Origin: Salpingoeca rosetta | Lineage: Eukaryota; Protista; Choanoflagellata | DNA: 64,000 nucleotides | Direction: 5' to 3' | Assembly: GCA_033442325.1 (NCBI GenBank) | Contig: JAWQFM010000012.1 | Location: 124,001-188,000 of the forward strand | Shown: piece after piece, positions 45,186-63,772 of the stretch | How the letters are laid out: each line of letters begins with the position of its first letter | How positions within the stretch are numbered: position 1 is the first letter of the stretch | Position numbers and translations under genes: made by a program | The notes under the pieces: model-generated | The model's database searches: none | What the model was told of the DNA's origin: nothing | Seen by the model: only the letters and a program-made list of their open reading frames with translations

Positions 45186-45863
45186 CGTTGCCTCACTTGT
45201 TCGCACATACACACACACATCACACACACAAACGAACACACACACGCACACACATCACACACACGCGCGCACGCGCGCGCACACACACACACACATATCA
45301 CACACACACACCTCCACCTCCCATGATTCACGCTGCGTGATTTGCTCACTGCCACGTTTGCTCCTTTCCTGCTGCCTTTGTCGCCGTGTTGACAGGAGCA
45401 AGTATGCCGGTGACAGCCCTGAAGAGCTGCTCCAGCTCGCGTTCCAGGCAACCGCGTTTGAACCAGAGGTAACAACACAACCACAACGCAAAAGAAATGA
45501 GGGAATGGTGTGCTTTGTTCGTGGCGCGTGCATGCGTACGATGGGTACGCGATGAATTGCAAATTGAGAATGGACGAAAGACCATGAACGAGTGTCACAC
45601 ACATTCACCCGCTGTCATTCATCACAACTCGTGCGCAATTCCTCACGACTCCTCACCATGACGCAACACATGACACACGCGTGCAGAATCGGCCGTCCTT
45701 CTCCGAGCTGAGTGCGCGGCTGTATCTGATTGATCTGCAGACAAGCTGTGCGCTGATGAATGAAGCAGACCAACAGCAGCACGCGCACCCCCACAACCAC
45801 CACCATCACACCTTATCCTTACCAGACAACTCACGTGCACGCGCCTTCACCAACGCACAGTGA
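39928..45863 (+). CDS. LIM-kinase/TESK (LISK) family protein kinase with low-complexity N-terminus, multi-exon
   Basis: [109 protein letters not shown], collinear with animal LIMK. Start MPSDKSG at 39928 is tentative. Confidence 0.85.
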
Positions 45864-45923
45864 CTTGCCAGCGTATGGCACAGGTTCTTTGTATGTATGC
45901 TCGTAATGCTGTAAGTGATTCAC

Positions 45924-46014
<91 letters not shown>

Positions 46015-46165
46015 AGACAAACAAACGAACAAACAAACGCTTTATTTGTGCATGGAATCCTTCCGGCTGTATATACCGTATACGACGCCATAAATTTTTG
46101 TTCAACTGGATTCAGTCGGTTGTGGACGTGGACAAGCCAAGCAAGCGAACAAGAAGCAAGGCGAT

Positions 46166-51547
<5,382 letters not shown>

Positions 51548-51886
51548 AGACCGTGGTGTCGTGATGTAATGGCACGTGAAGTTGTTGCTGTTGTTGTTGT
51601 TGGTGGTGGTGGTGGTGGTGGTGGTGGTGTGCGTGTGGATGGTGGTGTGCGTGTGCATGTGCAGTGGTGTAGTGTGATTGCCATGTCGGTACCTTCTTTC
51701 GCATGTGTGTGTGTCTGTGTGTCTGCTTATCCTGGTGCTTAGCGCTGACTGTTGGTGCCAGTGCTGTGTTGTTGAACGTCGTTTATGGTCTCGATGGTGA
51801 CAATCAGCAAAGCAATAAAGAGCAGGAGCAACATGAACGTAATTCTACACCCAACCGCCACCTCATATCAAACACACACACGCACG

Positions 51887-51979
<93 letters not shown>

Positions 51980-51982
51980 GCG

Positions 51983-53225
51983 TCAAGTGAATCTGCCCTT
52001 TGTGTTTCGCCGTCGCCTCAGCGCGTGCTTCTGGCGTGATGGGTGTAGCGCTGTCTTGCCATGGCGGACAACGAGCCTTCCTTCCTGCGCAAGCTTCTGC
52101 CGTGCAAGCCGCCGCTTCAGGATCCGCTCATACTGCTTTGCGTTCACAACGGCCTCGTTTGGCACATATGTCGGCATGTGGCGCGTGGTTTCGTCTTCAA
52201 AGGTGGTTGGATAGAAGCCATCGTCATCATCATCATCATCATCCTCATCCTCATCATCGCCGTGACTGCCTGCGTTGTGGTGGTGGTGGTGGTGGCTGCT
52301 GCTGCTGTTGCTGCGGTGGGAGTCTGCGCTGTGCCGTTGCTGGCGGCGTCGGTCAGGCTGCCGGCGCGGGTCGCTCGCGCTTGCAAGCAACAAGACGGGC
52401 TGGTTGACTGCAGCGAAATACTCCGCTGCGCTGGGCTGAACACGAGACGCACGCTTGTCAGAGTGGCGGCTGCCGTGATGGTGGCGAGTGTCGCCAGTTC
52501 CGCTGTCAGCGCGCATCACATCACGGCCGTGGCCGTGCTGGTAGGGGAGGTGGCGGTCATGCTCTGGCAGGTGCTGGTGTTGTTGAAACTGCTGCTGCCC
52601 TTGGAATTGATGCCGTTGGTGTTGCTGATGATAATGGTGCTGCGAATGTTGCTGACGGTGCTGGTGATGGGAAAAGTGCTCGTGCTGGTCGATGTTGCGA
52701 TGGCCCGCATGTGAAGGGCGTGGAGGGGAAGCCAGCGCGTAATGCACAGTCACAGACGGAGCATGGCGTGGTTGGGGCTGTGGCTGTGGTTGTGGTTGAG
52801 ACTGTGCTTGAGACTGGGGCGGTGGATGTTGCGTCGGAACGTGCATTGTGCTGTACACGCTTCCGATGATGACGTGCTGCTGGTTCTTGCCTTCGTTGTA
52901 ATGCTGAGCTTGTGCCTGTACTTGGTGGTGCGGCAGTGACTGCTGCTGCGAATGCTGCTGCGAATGCTGCTGCGAATGCTGCTGTGCGTGCTGCTGGGAA
53001 TGCCGGGGATGGTGCATGGCGTGTGTGTACAGTGGCTGGGCCTGGTGAGGAGAAAGTGCGGCGTGATTGGTTGATGCCGCGTGAGCCGCTCGTGATGACG
53101 TTGACGATGAAGGTGATGGTGGCGTGTGCGCCGGCATTCCCTGTCCAGGATGGCTCGCCGTCACCATCTGTGATGGTGGCCTCTGCTGTAACAGCTGGGG
53201 CAGCAGCATTCGCGGCAGCTGGTGC

Positions 53226-53256
<31 letters not shown>

Positions 53257-53572
53257 GTTGTTGTTGTTGCTGGTGCTGTTGACTCGTGCGTGGGAGGTCT
53301 GTGCTGCCCTCGGCGGCATTGGCGATTGGGCTTGCCACTGGTCCGCTCTGCAAGAGGCTTGTCTTGAGGTGGGCTTGATGGGAGGACGAGGATGCAGAAG
53401 CTGCAGGAGAAGACATCGATGACAACGATGACGGCCTCCCATTTTGCTTCAGCACGTGGTGGTGATGGTCATGGATGGACTGCTGTTCGCCGCTGCTGTC
53501 CTTCTCGCTATCAGCAGAGGAGCTGGCGGGGGCAGTGGCACCACTGTTGCCACCCTCCCCGACCATCATCAT
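51983..53572 (-). CDS. NFYA: Nuclear transcription factor Y subunit A (CBF-B/HAP2), intronless, Q/H-rich N-terminus
   Basis: C-terminal [39 protein letters not shown]; first in-frame ATG at 53572. Confidence 0.88.
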
Positions 53573-53811
53573 CTGGAAGGAACCAAAGGTGGACGCGGTG
53601 CTCCTGTTCTCCTCTTGTACCTCCTTGTTCTTCCTTTCTTCTCTGTTTGCCTGCTTGTGCAAAACACGCAAACGTGAAATCGAAAGTCGTTATCAACAAC
53701 AACAACAACCAGCCAACAACAACACTCTCGCTCGCTTGCTTGCTTGTTGCCTTCCTTGAACTGCCTTCCATTGCCTTTGTTGGTGTGGTGTTGAGGTCGA
53801 GAGGTACAGCC

Positions 53812-55396
53812 ATGTCGGATATCGTCCGCGGCATTGTGGAGAAGCTCAATGCTCCTCCCTTCAACAAGAACTTCACACTAATCGGGTGTGTGTGATGTGT
53901 GTGTGTGTGTTGATGTGTGTGTGTGTGTTGATGTGTGTGTGTGTGTGTTGATGTGTGTGTGTGTGTGTTGATGTGTGTGTGTGTGTGTTGATGTGTGTGT
54001 GTTGATGTGTGTGTGTGTGTGTGTGGGTGTGTGTGGGTGTGTGTGGGTGTGTGTGGGTGTGTGTGGGTGTGTGTGGGTGTGTGTGGGTGTGTTGAGAACA
54101 AGTCGGCTTTCTTGGTGTACGTTGTTGTTTCGTGCGCACCCACCTGTTTTCGCCCCTGCATGTGTGTATGTGCTCTGCTGTTGTGCCTAACTTTGACATG
54201 ACCTGTTCGCCTTGTGTTGCTATTCGCTTAGCTTCGATGCCATGTCCCCGGAGCAGCTCATCGAAACCCTCAACTCCATCTTCGTCGCCATCGCTCCAGA
54301 CGTAAGGACGCACTGCACATACAACAAGTACCCGCACACCACATACACACAAATGCATACACGCACTAATACACTTTTACACACGCGCACACACACACAC
54401 ACGCACGCACGCACATGTGCGTGCACTCAGCATTGACGCTGTCTTTGAGGTCTCACGCCACTTTGTCTCTCTGTGTCTCCGCTGATCGTGTTGCGTCTGT
54501 GACAGCATGACGTCGACACGAGGCAAGAGCTGCCCGATGACCGGGTGGTGCGCATGATGAGCCTACTGCGCGTGCTCAAGTACAAGCCATCCGTCTCAAA
54601 GTCGTAAGTCAAAATGTGGCCCTGCATGTGTGTGCGTCTGTGTCTGTGTCTGCGTGTATGGGTGCGTGTGTATGTATCTCCATGTGTCCGTCTGTCCGTC
54701 CGTCCGTCCGTCTGCCTGTATGTCTGCTGTTGAGCAAGCGAAAGCTCCACCTCTGACTCCGTGCCATTTCACATCTGCACCGCATACCAATCCAAGGGAC
54801 ATGGCCGCTGGGCTGATTGACGCCAAGCCCGAGGTGATTCACCCGATCATGCACTGGGCCCTGAGCAAACTGCCTGAGCTAAAGAAGCGCGCGTATCTCG
54901 CCAACTTTCTCATGACCATCGAGGTCCCCGACGAAATGATGCAGAACGACGAAGTCGCCGAGACCCGCGAACAGGTGTGTGTATGTGTGTGTGTCTGTCT
55001 GTCTGTCTGCCTGCCTGTCTGTCTGCCTGTCTGTCCGTCTGCCTGTACGTGTGTCTGTCTGTCTGCCTGTACGTGTGTCTGTCTGTCTGCGTGTGTCTGT
55101 GTCTGCGTCTGTGTGTGCGTGAACCATCATGTGCCTGTCAAGCGGCTCACGTCCTGTTTGCACTATTTCGCCCATCCACTGACCTTTCCTCATCTCTCCC
55201 AATACCACCGTCATGCGTGTGTGCAGTACCTTGCGCTGATTGACACGTTCAAGGAGGTCCACAAGGAAGTCGAAAACATGCGCTCGTCTGGGTTTTCCGT
55301 GAGCGAAGTGAAGAACGACATCAAACACATGGAGAAGGAGAAGGACCAACTTGAGAAGCGCGTCGCCCGCATGCAGCAAAAGGTGCAGCGTGTGTC

Positions 55397-55454
<58 letters not shown>

Positions 55455-55838
55455 TGTGTGTGTCTGTGTGTGTCTGTGTGTGTCTGTGTTTGTGTCTGTG
55501 TTTGTGTCTGTGTTTGTGTCTGGGTGTCTCGGTGTCTGTGTCTGGGTGGGCTTGCATTTTCATGTCTTGCTTGCTCGCTACCACCGCGTCGCATCACACC
55601 CCTCACTGACATCCTTTCCACGCCACCCTTAACACCGCCCCCCCCCCCCACACACACAATCGCAGTATGAGAACGTTGCTGAGTACAACTCGATGCTTGA
55701 CGCTGCTCGCGCCCTCCGCCGCGAAGTTGAACGCGAGGGCGAACTCGAGCGCCTGAGGCAGGACCAGACAGAACAGGTGCCAATCCCACCACCACCACCA
55801 CCATACTCGATTATTGGAGGGGTGTCTGCGTCTGTCTG

Positions 55839-55900
<62 letters not shown>

Positions 55901-56549
55901 CGTGTGTGTGCGTGTGTGTGCGTGTGTCTGTGTGTGTGTCTGTGTGTGTCGGTATGACTTCTCCTCGGCCATGTGCATGTACACCCACCCCCTCACCACC
56001 CACCACTCCTCCAACCACCCAACAACCCCTCACCTCTCCCCAATAACCCAAACTGCCGCCTGTTTCAGCTGTCGCATGCTGAGGACAAGTACCAGCGGAC
56101 AATGCAGCTGCTGCGCGAGGTGCGGGCGAATGCCGTGAGCGGCGGGGCCGATGCCGTCATCAAACGAACGGAGGATGAAGTCAAGATGAAGCGATACCTC
56201 GCACACGAGAAGCTCCCGGCGGTCAGTTTATCGTGGTGGTGATGGTGGTTGATGATTGATTGATGGTGGTGGTGATTGGTGGTGAGTGTGATCGGTGGTG
56301 ATTGTGTGCAAGCGGGTGCCGTCGTGCATGTGAGTATTTCGTGGCAGTGGTGTGCATGATGTGTGCGCGTTGGTTGAACAGCGAGCGTGACCATGTACTC
56401 ATCTTCCTTTCGCTCTTGGGTATCATGACACATCAGGCGATTGAGGAGAAGGAGAAGGCATGCAAGGAGGCACGCCGCATTCTCGACGAGCCCGCCATGA
56501 CGCAAGACGACCTCAACAGCCTCCACACACAGGTGACCCCCTGCTGCTG

Positions 56550-56624
<75 letters not shown>

Positions 56625-56896
56625 NNNNNNNNNNNNNNNNNNNNNNNNNNNNNNNNNNNNNNNNNNNNNNNNNNNNNNNNNNNNNNNNNNNNNNNNNNNN
56701 NNNNNNNNNNNNNNNNNNNNNNNNNNNNNNNNNNNNNNNNNNNNNNNNNNNNNNNNNNNNNNNNNNNNNNNNNNNNNNNNNNNNNNNNNNNNNNNNNNNN
56801 NNNNNNNNNNNNNNNNNNNNNNNNNNNNNNNNNNNNNNNNNNNNNNNNNNNNNNNNNNNNNNNNNNNNNNNNNNNNNNNNNNNNNNNNNNNNNGTC

Positions 56897-56969
<73 letters not shown>

Positions 56970-57891
56970 CACTTGCTGCCATGCCACAAACCCTCACCTC
57001 ATTCACCAACAATCACACACGTCGGGGCCTGTCTCACGCCCGCCCCTTCTTCTCCACCACACCCCACTACTTTGCCCATTCCATCGCCCCCTCTCAACTA
57101 ACGTCACCCTGCCGCCACCACCGCCACCACCACCATGGCCACTGACAGCTCGCCAAGTTGGAGAAAGAGTACGACGAGAAGCGGAAACTGCAGGAATCCC
57201 GCGGCCCGCGCATGCTCAAGGCCGATGAGGTGCAGAGCTGAGGGTTGGCTGGGATGGTGGTGGTGATGATGGTGGTGGTGGTGGCGGCGGCGGTGTCTTG
57301 GGTGTCTTGGGTGCCATGGGTGTCATGTGTGTCGTGGGTGGTGGTGTCATGGGTGGTGTAAGTCGCTGCAAGGCCAGGGTGGTGGCGTTGTGGCATGGTG
57401 CTGTTTGCTCGCCTTCCCGACTCACGCATGCACACCCACGTTCACACTGTAGTTCAAGCGGTATGTTGCCAAGTTGCGAACAAAGAGCACAACATACAAG
57501 CAGAAGAAGAACAAGGTACATGCGCGTGACTGTTTGTTGTTACCGTGTACACTTTGCACACTTCTCTCTTGCTCTTGCCCCTGCCATTCATGTGTTCATT
57601 TTCGCGCCCACAACGAATTCACCACCACCGCCGCCGCTGCCGTGTTCTCTGCTTGTGCAGTTGACGGCGCTGCAATCGGAACATCTCGTCCTTGATCGCA
57701 CCATCGAGATCCTCACGCAGCAGGAGCACCACGCTCGCGCACAGCTGGTGGGCACACGTGTTGTGCGGAGGACGGAGAGAGGAGAGGAGCCTGGGAGGAG
57801 GGGTATTAAGGTTAAAGAGCAACGCAATACTGTAGGGTTCTGGGATGCGTTGGTGCTTGCATGACGTTCCGGACTTGCTGCTGCGCATGCT

Positions 57892-57983
<92 letters not shown>

Positions 57984-59217
57984 CCGCACACTACCACCCT
58001 TTGCCCAGTCTGCGCTTGAGGCGGAGCGCGGCGTGAGCGGGGTGACAGCGGCGCAGACGGAGCTGGAAGACGTCTCTGCCAACAAGGGCGAGCTCGACGC
58101 GCGCAAGGGAGAGACGCTTGATGACATCTCACGTATGGTGGACGAGCTGAACGAGAAGATCTCGGCCAAGCGGACGTCGCTGGCACCGCTGATCAAGCAG
58201 CTGCGCTCCCTCCGCGCCGAGGAGAAGACAGTCAAGGTCGGGTGGTGATTGGAGTCGATGTGCAATGTCTTTTGCTGTGTGTTTGTTGTGTGTTTGTTGT
58301 CGTTGCTTGCTCACTTGTTCGCTTGCTAGCTTGCCTGCCCTGTTTGTTACTTTTGCTTCTGTTCTTGTTGCGTTTGTGAACACTTGTTGAGGTGGCACCC
58401 GTCCTCCGTGCTGGCGGCCGCCTCGCTGCACCCTCTCTCACCCCACCCCATGATCACGCACCACCACCACCACGCAGGAGAAGTATGACGAGAAGAAGGC
58501 GGAGTACGATGCGTCGTCGGCGCAGCTTGAGTCGAGCAAGTCCAAGCTCGAGACGGAGGTGAAGGCACTGCGGGAGGAGGTGTCTGTGGAGGAGAGCAGG
58601 TACCACTACCTCCACAACATGATCGCCCACATCTCAAAGCAGGTACGCTTGGGGCGGTGAAGGGCCTTTGGGATAAATCGCGTGCGGGCTCAGGGCATGT
58701 GGGGACGGGTGGCTGAGGTTTGCTAGTGGATGTGCCCCATTACGCACTTACTACTGTCATGCACAAATACATGCACACACACTCACACACACACACACAC
58801 ACACACTCACTCACTCACTCGCTCACGCACGCAATCACTCACGCACGCAATCACTCACGCACGCAATCACTCACGCACACACTCCCTCGCTCACCAACAC
58901 CTGCGCTACCCCCATTGCAGCTTGAGGTGGCGCAGCGGGAGATGCGGCTGTATCTCGGGCAGGAGGAGGGCTCGTCCCTTCGTGATGTCATGACGAAGAA
59001 GATCCAGGAACAGGACCGCATCGGCAAGCAGCTGCGCGCACAGCAGACGGAGGTGAAGGAGTCATTTGACGCCAACATCAGGCAGCTCGACATGTGGAAG
59101 GACCTTGAGCTGCTGATGAAGTGCAAGACGGAGTGTGTCGGTGTTGCGACGGGCGCTGCTGCCGATGACAACGACGCTGTTGCGCTTGAGGAACAGGACC
59201 GCCTCGTCTTCTCGTGA
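53812..59217 (+). CDS. IFT81: Intraflagellar transport protein 81, multi-exon, interrupted by an assembly gap
   Basis: MSDIVRGIVEKLNAPPFNKNFTLIGFD, LRVLKYKP, LKKRAYLANFL, FKEVHKE, FKRYVAKLRTKSTTYK, KGETLDDIS, LAPLIKQLR, MWKDLELLMKCK, EQDRLVFS*. Confidence 0.95.
56625..56893. other. Assembly gap within IFT81
   Basis: Run of N between (GT)n and (CA)n. Confidence 1.
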
Positions 59218-59227
59218 TGACGACGAC

Positions 59228-59261
<34 letters not shown>

Positions 59262-59722
59262 CTCGTCGTCGTCGTCGTCGTGGCAGTTGGTGTTGCCCTT
59301 GCATGTACGTGCACCGCTTCCTTCACTTGTGTTGTTTGGTGTATAGTTGTGGAGTGCTTTCGTCTGCGTGTGTGTGTGTATGTGTGTGTGTGTGTGTGTG
59401 TGTGTTGTGTGATGTGTTGTTCCTTTTGCCACTACTCTACTTCTTCTCCCTGATCGCAGTCCCCATTCTTTCAACTCTTGCTTCTCAGGCGCAACCCAAG
59501 CTGCGCATCACTGTTTACTGACTTTTGCGTGCAAGAAAGGCCATGGCACAGTGAACCAACCACACACGACAACTTGTGAAGGGGACAAGCCACGAGACAA
59601 CCACAACACAGCGACGAACGAGTGGGGAAACACACATACGCGTGCATGCACAAAACCACAAAACAAGCAAGACTGGCAAAGGAGCAAGATTAAATGGGTG
59701 CTGCTGCTGCATGTGTTTGCGT

Positions 59723-60863
<1,141 letters not shown>

Positions 60864-60977
60864 GGTGGCTGGTTGGTTTGTTGGTTGCGAGACGAGGAGG
60901 AAATGTAATGCGACAGCACAAAAAGTAGCACATATGAAGCCAGCAAGCTTCTTATCATTCCTCGTGCTCTCACGCTG

Positions 60978-62267
60978 ATGTTCTTGTTGCTTGTGGTGGT
61001 GGTGTTGCTGTGTGCACGCCGCAACGATGCGGAGGTGGTGTTGGTGGAGGATGGCGTGGGCACCTTCCACATCAACACAAGCGATCCAGGGAGCCAGGCT
61101 GTGCTGGTGAACGGGGTGGACGTGAACGCGGTGCTGGCGGCACAGCACAGCATGCTGCAGCTGTACAGCGCCGCTTTGGAAGGACAGCAAACCGTTGATC
61201 GCGCGCTGAGGAGCCGCATCAGTGCACAAATGGGCGTGAACGAGCAGCAACAACGAGCAATCAACCAGCTGAGCAGGAGGCTGTGTAAGGTGGAGGATCC
61301 TGGGGCCAGCACCTTCGGCGAGGAAAGCATTGCCCCGCTCACAACAAGCTGCTGCAAGTTCATCGGTAGCGCCGTGGCCAGCAACGGCTTGATCTACGCA
61401 GCACCCTTTAACTCGCCCTCTGTGCTCATTATCGACCCAAGCACCAACACCGTCGACGTCACGTCGATGGAGGTGTTCCCCGAGGACGTGAACAAGTGGG
61501 CTGGCGCTGTGCTGGCACACACAGGGGACGTGTACATGATCCCGGCCTCTGCAACGCAGGTGCTCATCGTCGACCCAAGTACCAACACAGCCGACACCAC
61601 AAGCATCAAGGCCGTTGGCTCCGCCAGTTTCAAGTGGTTTAGCGGCGTGGCAGCGGACAACGGGCTCATCTTCGGCGTCCCGTTCTCCGCCACCTCCGTG
61701 CTGATTATCGACCCCGCAACCAAGACGGCAGACGTCACCACGCTGTCCGGGATTCCCGAACAACGATACCAGTGGTACGATGGCGTTCAGGCGGAGAACG
61801 GCCTCATCTACTGCTTCCCCATCTCTGCTGACTCGGTCCTCATCATCAACCCTGCCACACTGACAATGGACTTGACGACCATCGCTGGCCTTGGCTCGGA
61901 GTCCAAATGGTACGGCGGCGTGCTTGCAAGCAACGGCCTCATCTACACCATTCCGGGCAGGAGCGCGACCACGCTCGTCATCGACCCCAGCACAAACAGC
62001 ACAGATACGCTGACCATTGCCTCGCAAACAACCTTCGTCAAATGGGTCGGGGGTGTACAGGCCAGCGGCGGCAACATCGTGGGCATCCCACATGACCTCG
62101 GTTCCGCCCTTCTTTTTGAGCCCACCACCAGCGCCTCCGACAACACGACCATCAACGGGCTTCCAGGCAACGCAAAGTGGTGGGGCGGTGTCGTCGCTCC
62201 AAATGGCCTCGTCTATGGCATCCCATACTCCACAAACGAAGTGCTCGTCATGAACGCCGGGTGTTAG
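60978..62267 (+). CDS. Intronless secreted protein: signal peptide, short coiled coil, seven ~46-aa KWxGGVxAxNGxIYxxP..VLIIDP repeats (probable 7-bladed beta-propeller)
   Basis: 429-aa ORF with no microsatellites, hydrophobic N-terminus and seven alignable repeats. Confidence 0.85.
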   Translation: MFLLLVVVVLLCARRNDAEVVLVEDGVGTFHINTSDPGSQAVLVNGVDVNAVLAAQHSMLQLYSAALEGQQTVDRALRSRISAQMGVNEQQQRAINQLSRRLCKVEDPGASTFGEESIAPLTTSCCKFIGSAVASNGLIYAAPFNSPSVLIIDPSTNTVDVTSMEVFPEDVNKWAGAVLAHTGDVYMIPASATQVLIVDPSTNTADTTSIKAVGSASFKWFSGVAADNGLIFGVPFSATSVLIIDPATKTADVTTLSGIPEQRYQWYDGVQAENGLIYCFPISADSVLIINPATLTMDLTTIAGLGSESKWYGGVLASNGLIYTIPGRSATTLVIDPSTNSTDTLTIASQTTFVKWVGGVQASGGNIVGIPHDLGSALLFEPTTSASDNTTINGLPGNAKWWGGVVAPNGLVYGIPYSTNEVLVMNAGC

Positions 62268-62269
62268 TG

Positions 62270-62327
<58 letters not shown>

Positions 62328-62662
62328 GTGTGTGCGATGGGGGCTGTCGTGTGTGCGTGCGTGCGTGCGTGCTGTGGGTGGAGTCCGTGGCATGTGAGGG
62401 ACTGTTGTCTCACCAAACACGGGAGCTCGTATCACATCACCGTGCGTGCGTTCCATCTTCACTTCATGGAGGTGTTCGTTCGCACGACGACGATCGCTCG
62501 GTCAGTGTATTCAAGATGAATGAATGAACAGTCAGCTCAAGAACTCAAGCCAAAGCTGCACACATTTGTAAGACGCAACACACAAGATCAAACAAGCTCA
62601 CGAACATAAGTGAGGCAACAATCACCCGTGTCCTGTTTCTCCAACCGCTTGCTTGCACTCAC

Positions 62663-62778
62663 CGAACAAAGTCACGACATGTGTTGTCGGCGATCGACCT
62701 AATCGTGTCCTTCACCTCATCCTCCAGCGCCGTGTGTGCCAACAAGGCCTGCAACACCTTCTCCTCTCCGACGGACAT
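62663..62778 (-). CDS. Probable first coding exon of a small unknown gene (MSVGEEKVLQALLAHTALEDEVKDTIRSIADNTCRDFVR)
   Basis: GCCATG start context, coding-like codons, strong GTGAGT donor at 62662; downstream exons unclear. Confidence 0.4.
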
Positions 62779-63117
62779 GGCTGTTGTGGCTGCTGACTTG
62801 ATGGGGTTTTGGGTGGGACGTCGCAGACTCTCTTGCCCTCTCTTGCCCTCTCTTGCCCTCTCTTGCCCCTTGCTATTGTATTGTCGTGCGTCTTGATGTC
62901 GCTGATGTCTTCTGTTCTGCTTGCGCTCCGATCTGCTCCTGTCTTGGTAGGGTCTGCTCTTTTGCTTGCTTCTTAGTTGCTTGCTTCTTGTCCTCTTCTC
63001 TTCTTCTGTGCTGGCTGGAACGCTGCGCGAATGAAAGCAGCGGACACAAACAAGGCACACAGTTGACGCACATGATTGAGATGAACAAATTTTGCCACCT
63101 CGGGCAAGCAAACCTCG

Positions 63118-63225
63118 GGGGCATTGGCGCAGTTGGTTAGCGCGCAGGTCTCATAATCCGCTAATGATATGATCCTCGCATGAGGAGCAATCCTGAGGTC
63201 GCCAGTTCGATCCTGGCATGCCCCA
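63118..63225 (+). tRNA. tRNA-Met(CAT), elongator type, with 34-nt intron (63156-63189)
   Basis: Acceptor stem GGGGCAT/ATGCCCC, A-box TGGCGCAGTTGG, anticodon arm CAGGT-CTCATA^A-TCCTG, T-arm GCCAG-TTCGATC-CTGGC. Confidence 0.93.
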
Positions 63226-63234
63226 TTTGCTTCC

Positions 63235-63245
63235 TTTTTTTTTTT
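63235..63245 (+). terminator. Pol III oligo-T terminator of tRNA-Met
   Basis: T11 run 10 nt after the tRNA 3' end. Confidence 0.75.
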
Positions 63246-63672
63246 GGTTGTGAGTTGGGCAAGCAAGCAACAAGGCGAAGCAGCGGCTGACACACACACA
63301 CACACTCTCTCTCACAAGGTTGGCTGCTGAGGCAGAGCACACGCAAGCAACAAGCAACAAGTGAGTGAGGCAGGCAGGCAGCTGTTGGGACAAGCACAAA
63401 CACACTCACAAGCAAAGGCGAGCGCACAGCAGATAGACAGATTGGAGGCAAGCGAGCGACTTGGGACGAGAAAGAAGGAGGACGAGAAGGAGCAGGAGAG
63501 AGTGGAAGAGAGACTCCGCCACATATCACTTACACAAACTCACACACTCATCACACACACATCACACATCACACACAAGCATAATCACGTGCTTCTTCTG
63601 CCTGCGCAGCTTCCTCATCTCTTTCTCTGTGTGTGTGTGTGTGTGCTGGTTCTCCTGCTTCCCGTCCATCCC

Positions 63673-63772
63673 NNNNNNNNNNNNNNNNNNNNNNNNNNNN
63701 NNNNNNNNNNNNNNNNNNNNNNNNNNNNNNNNNNNNNNNNNNNNNNNNNNNNNNNNNNNNNNNNNNNNNNNN
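63673..63772. other. Assembly gap (100 N)
   Basis: Run of N. Confidence 1.

Noticed and set aside
59215-59281. Stop readthrough of IFT81 into the (GAT)n tract
   Set aside because: Multiple in-frame TGA codons follow, and the protein already ends at the conserved DRLV C-terminus
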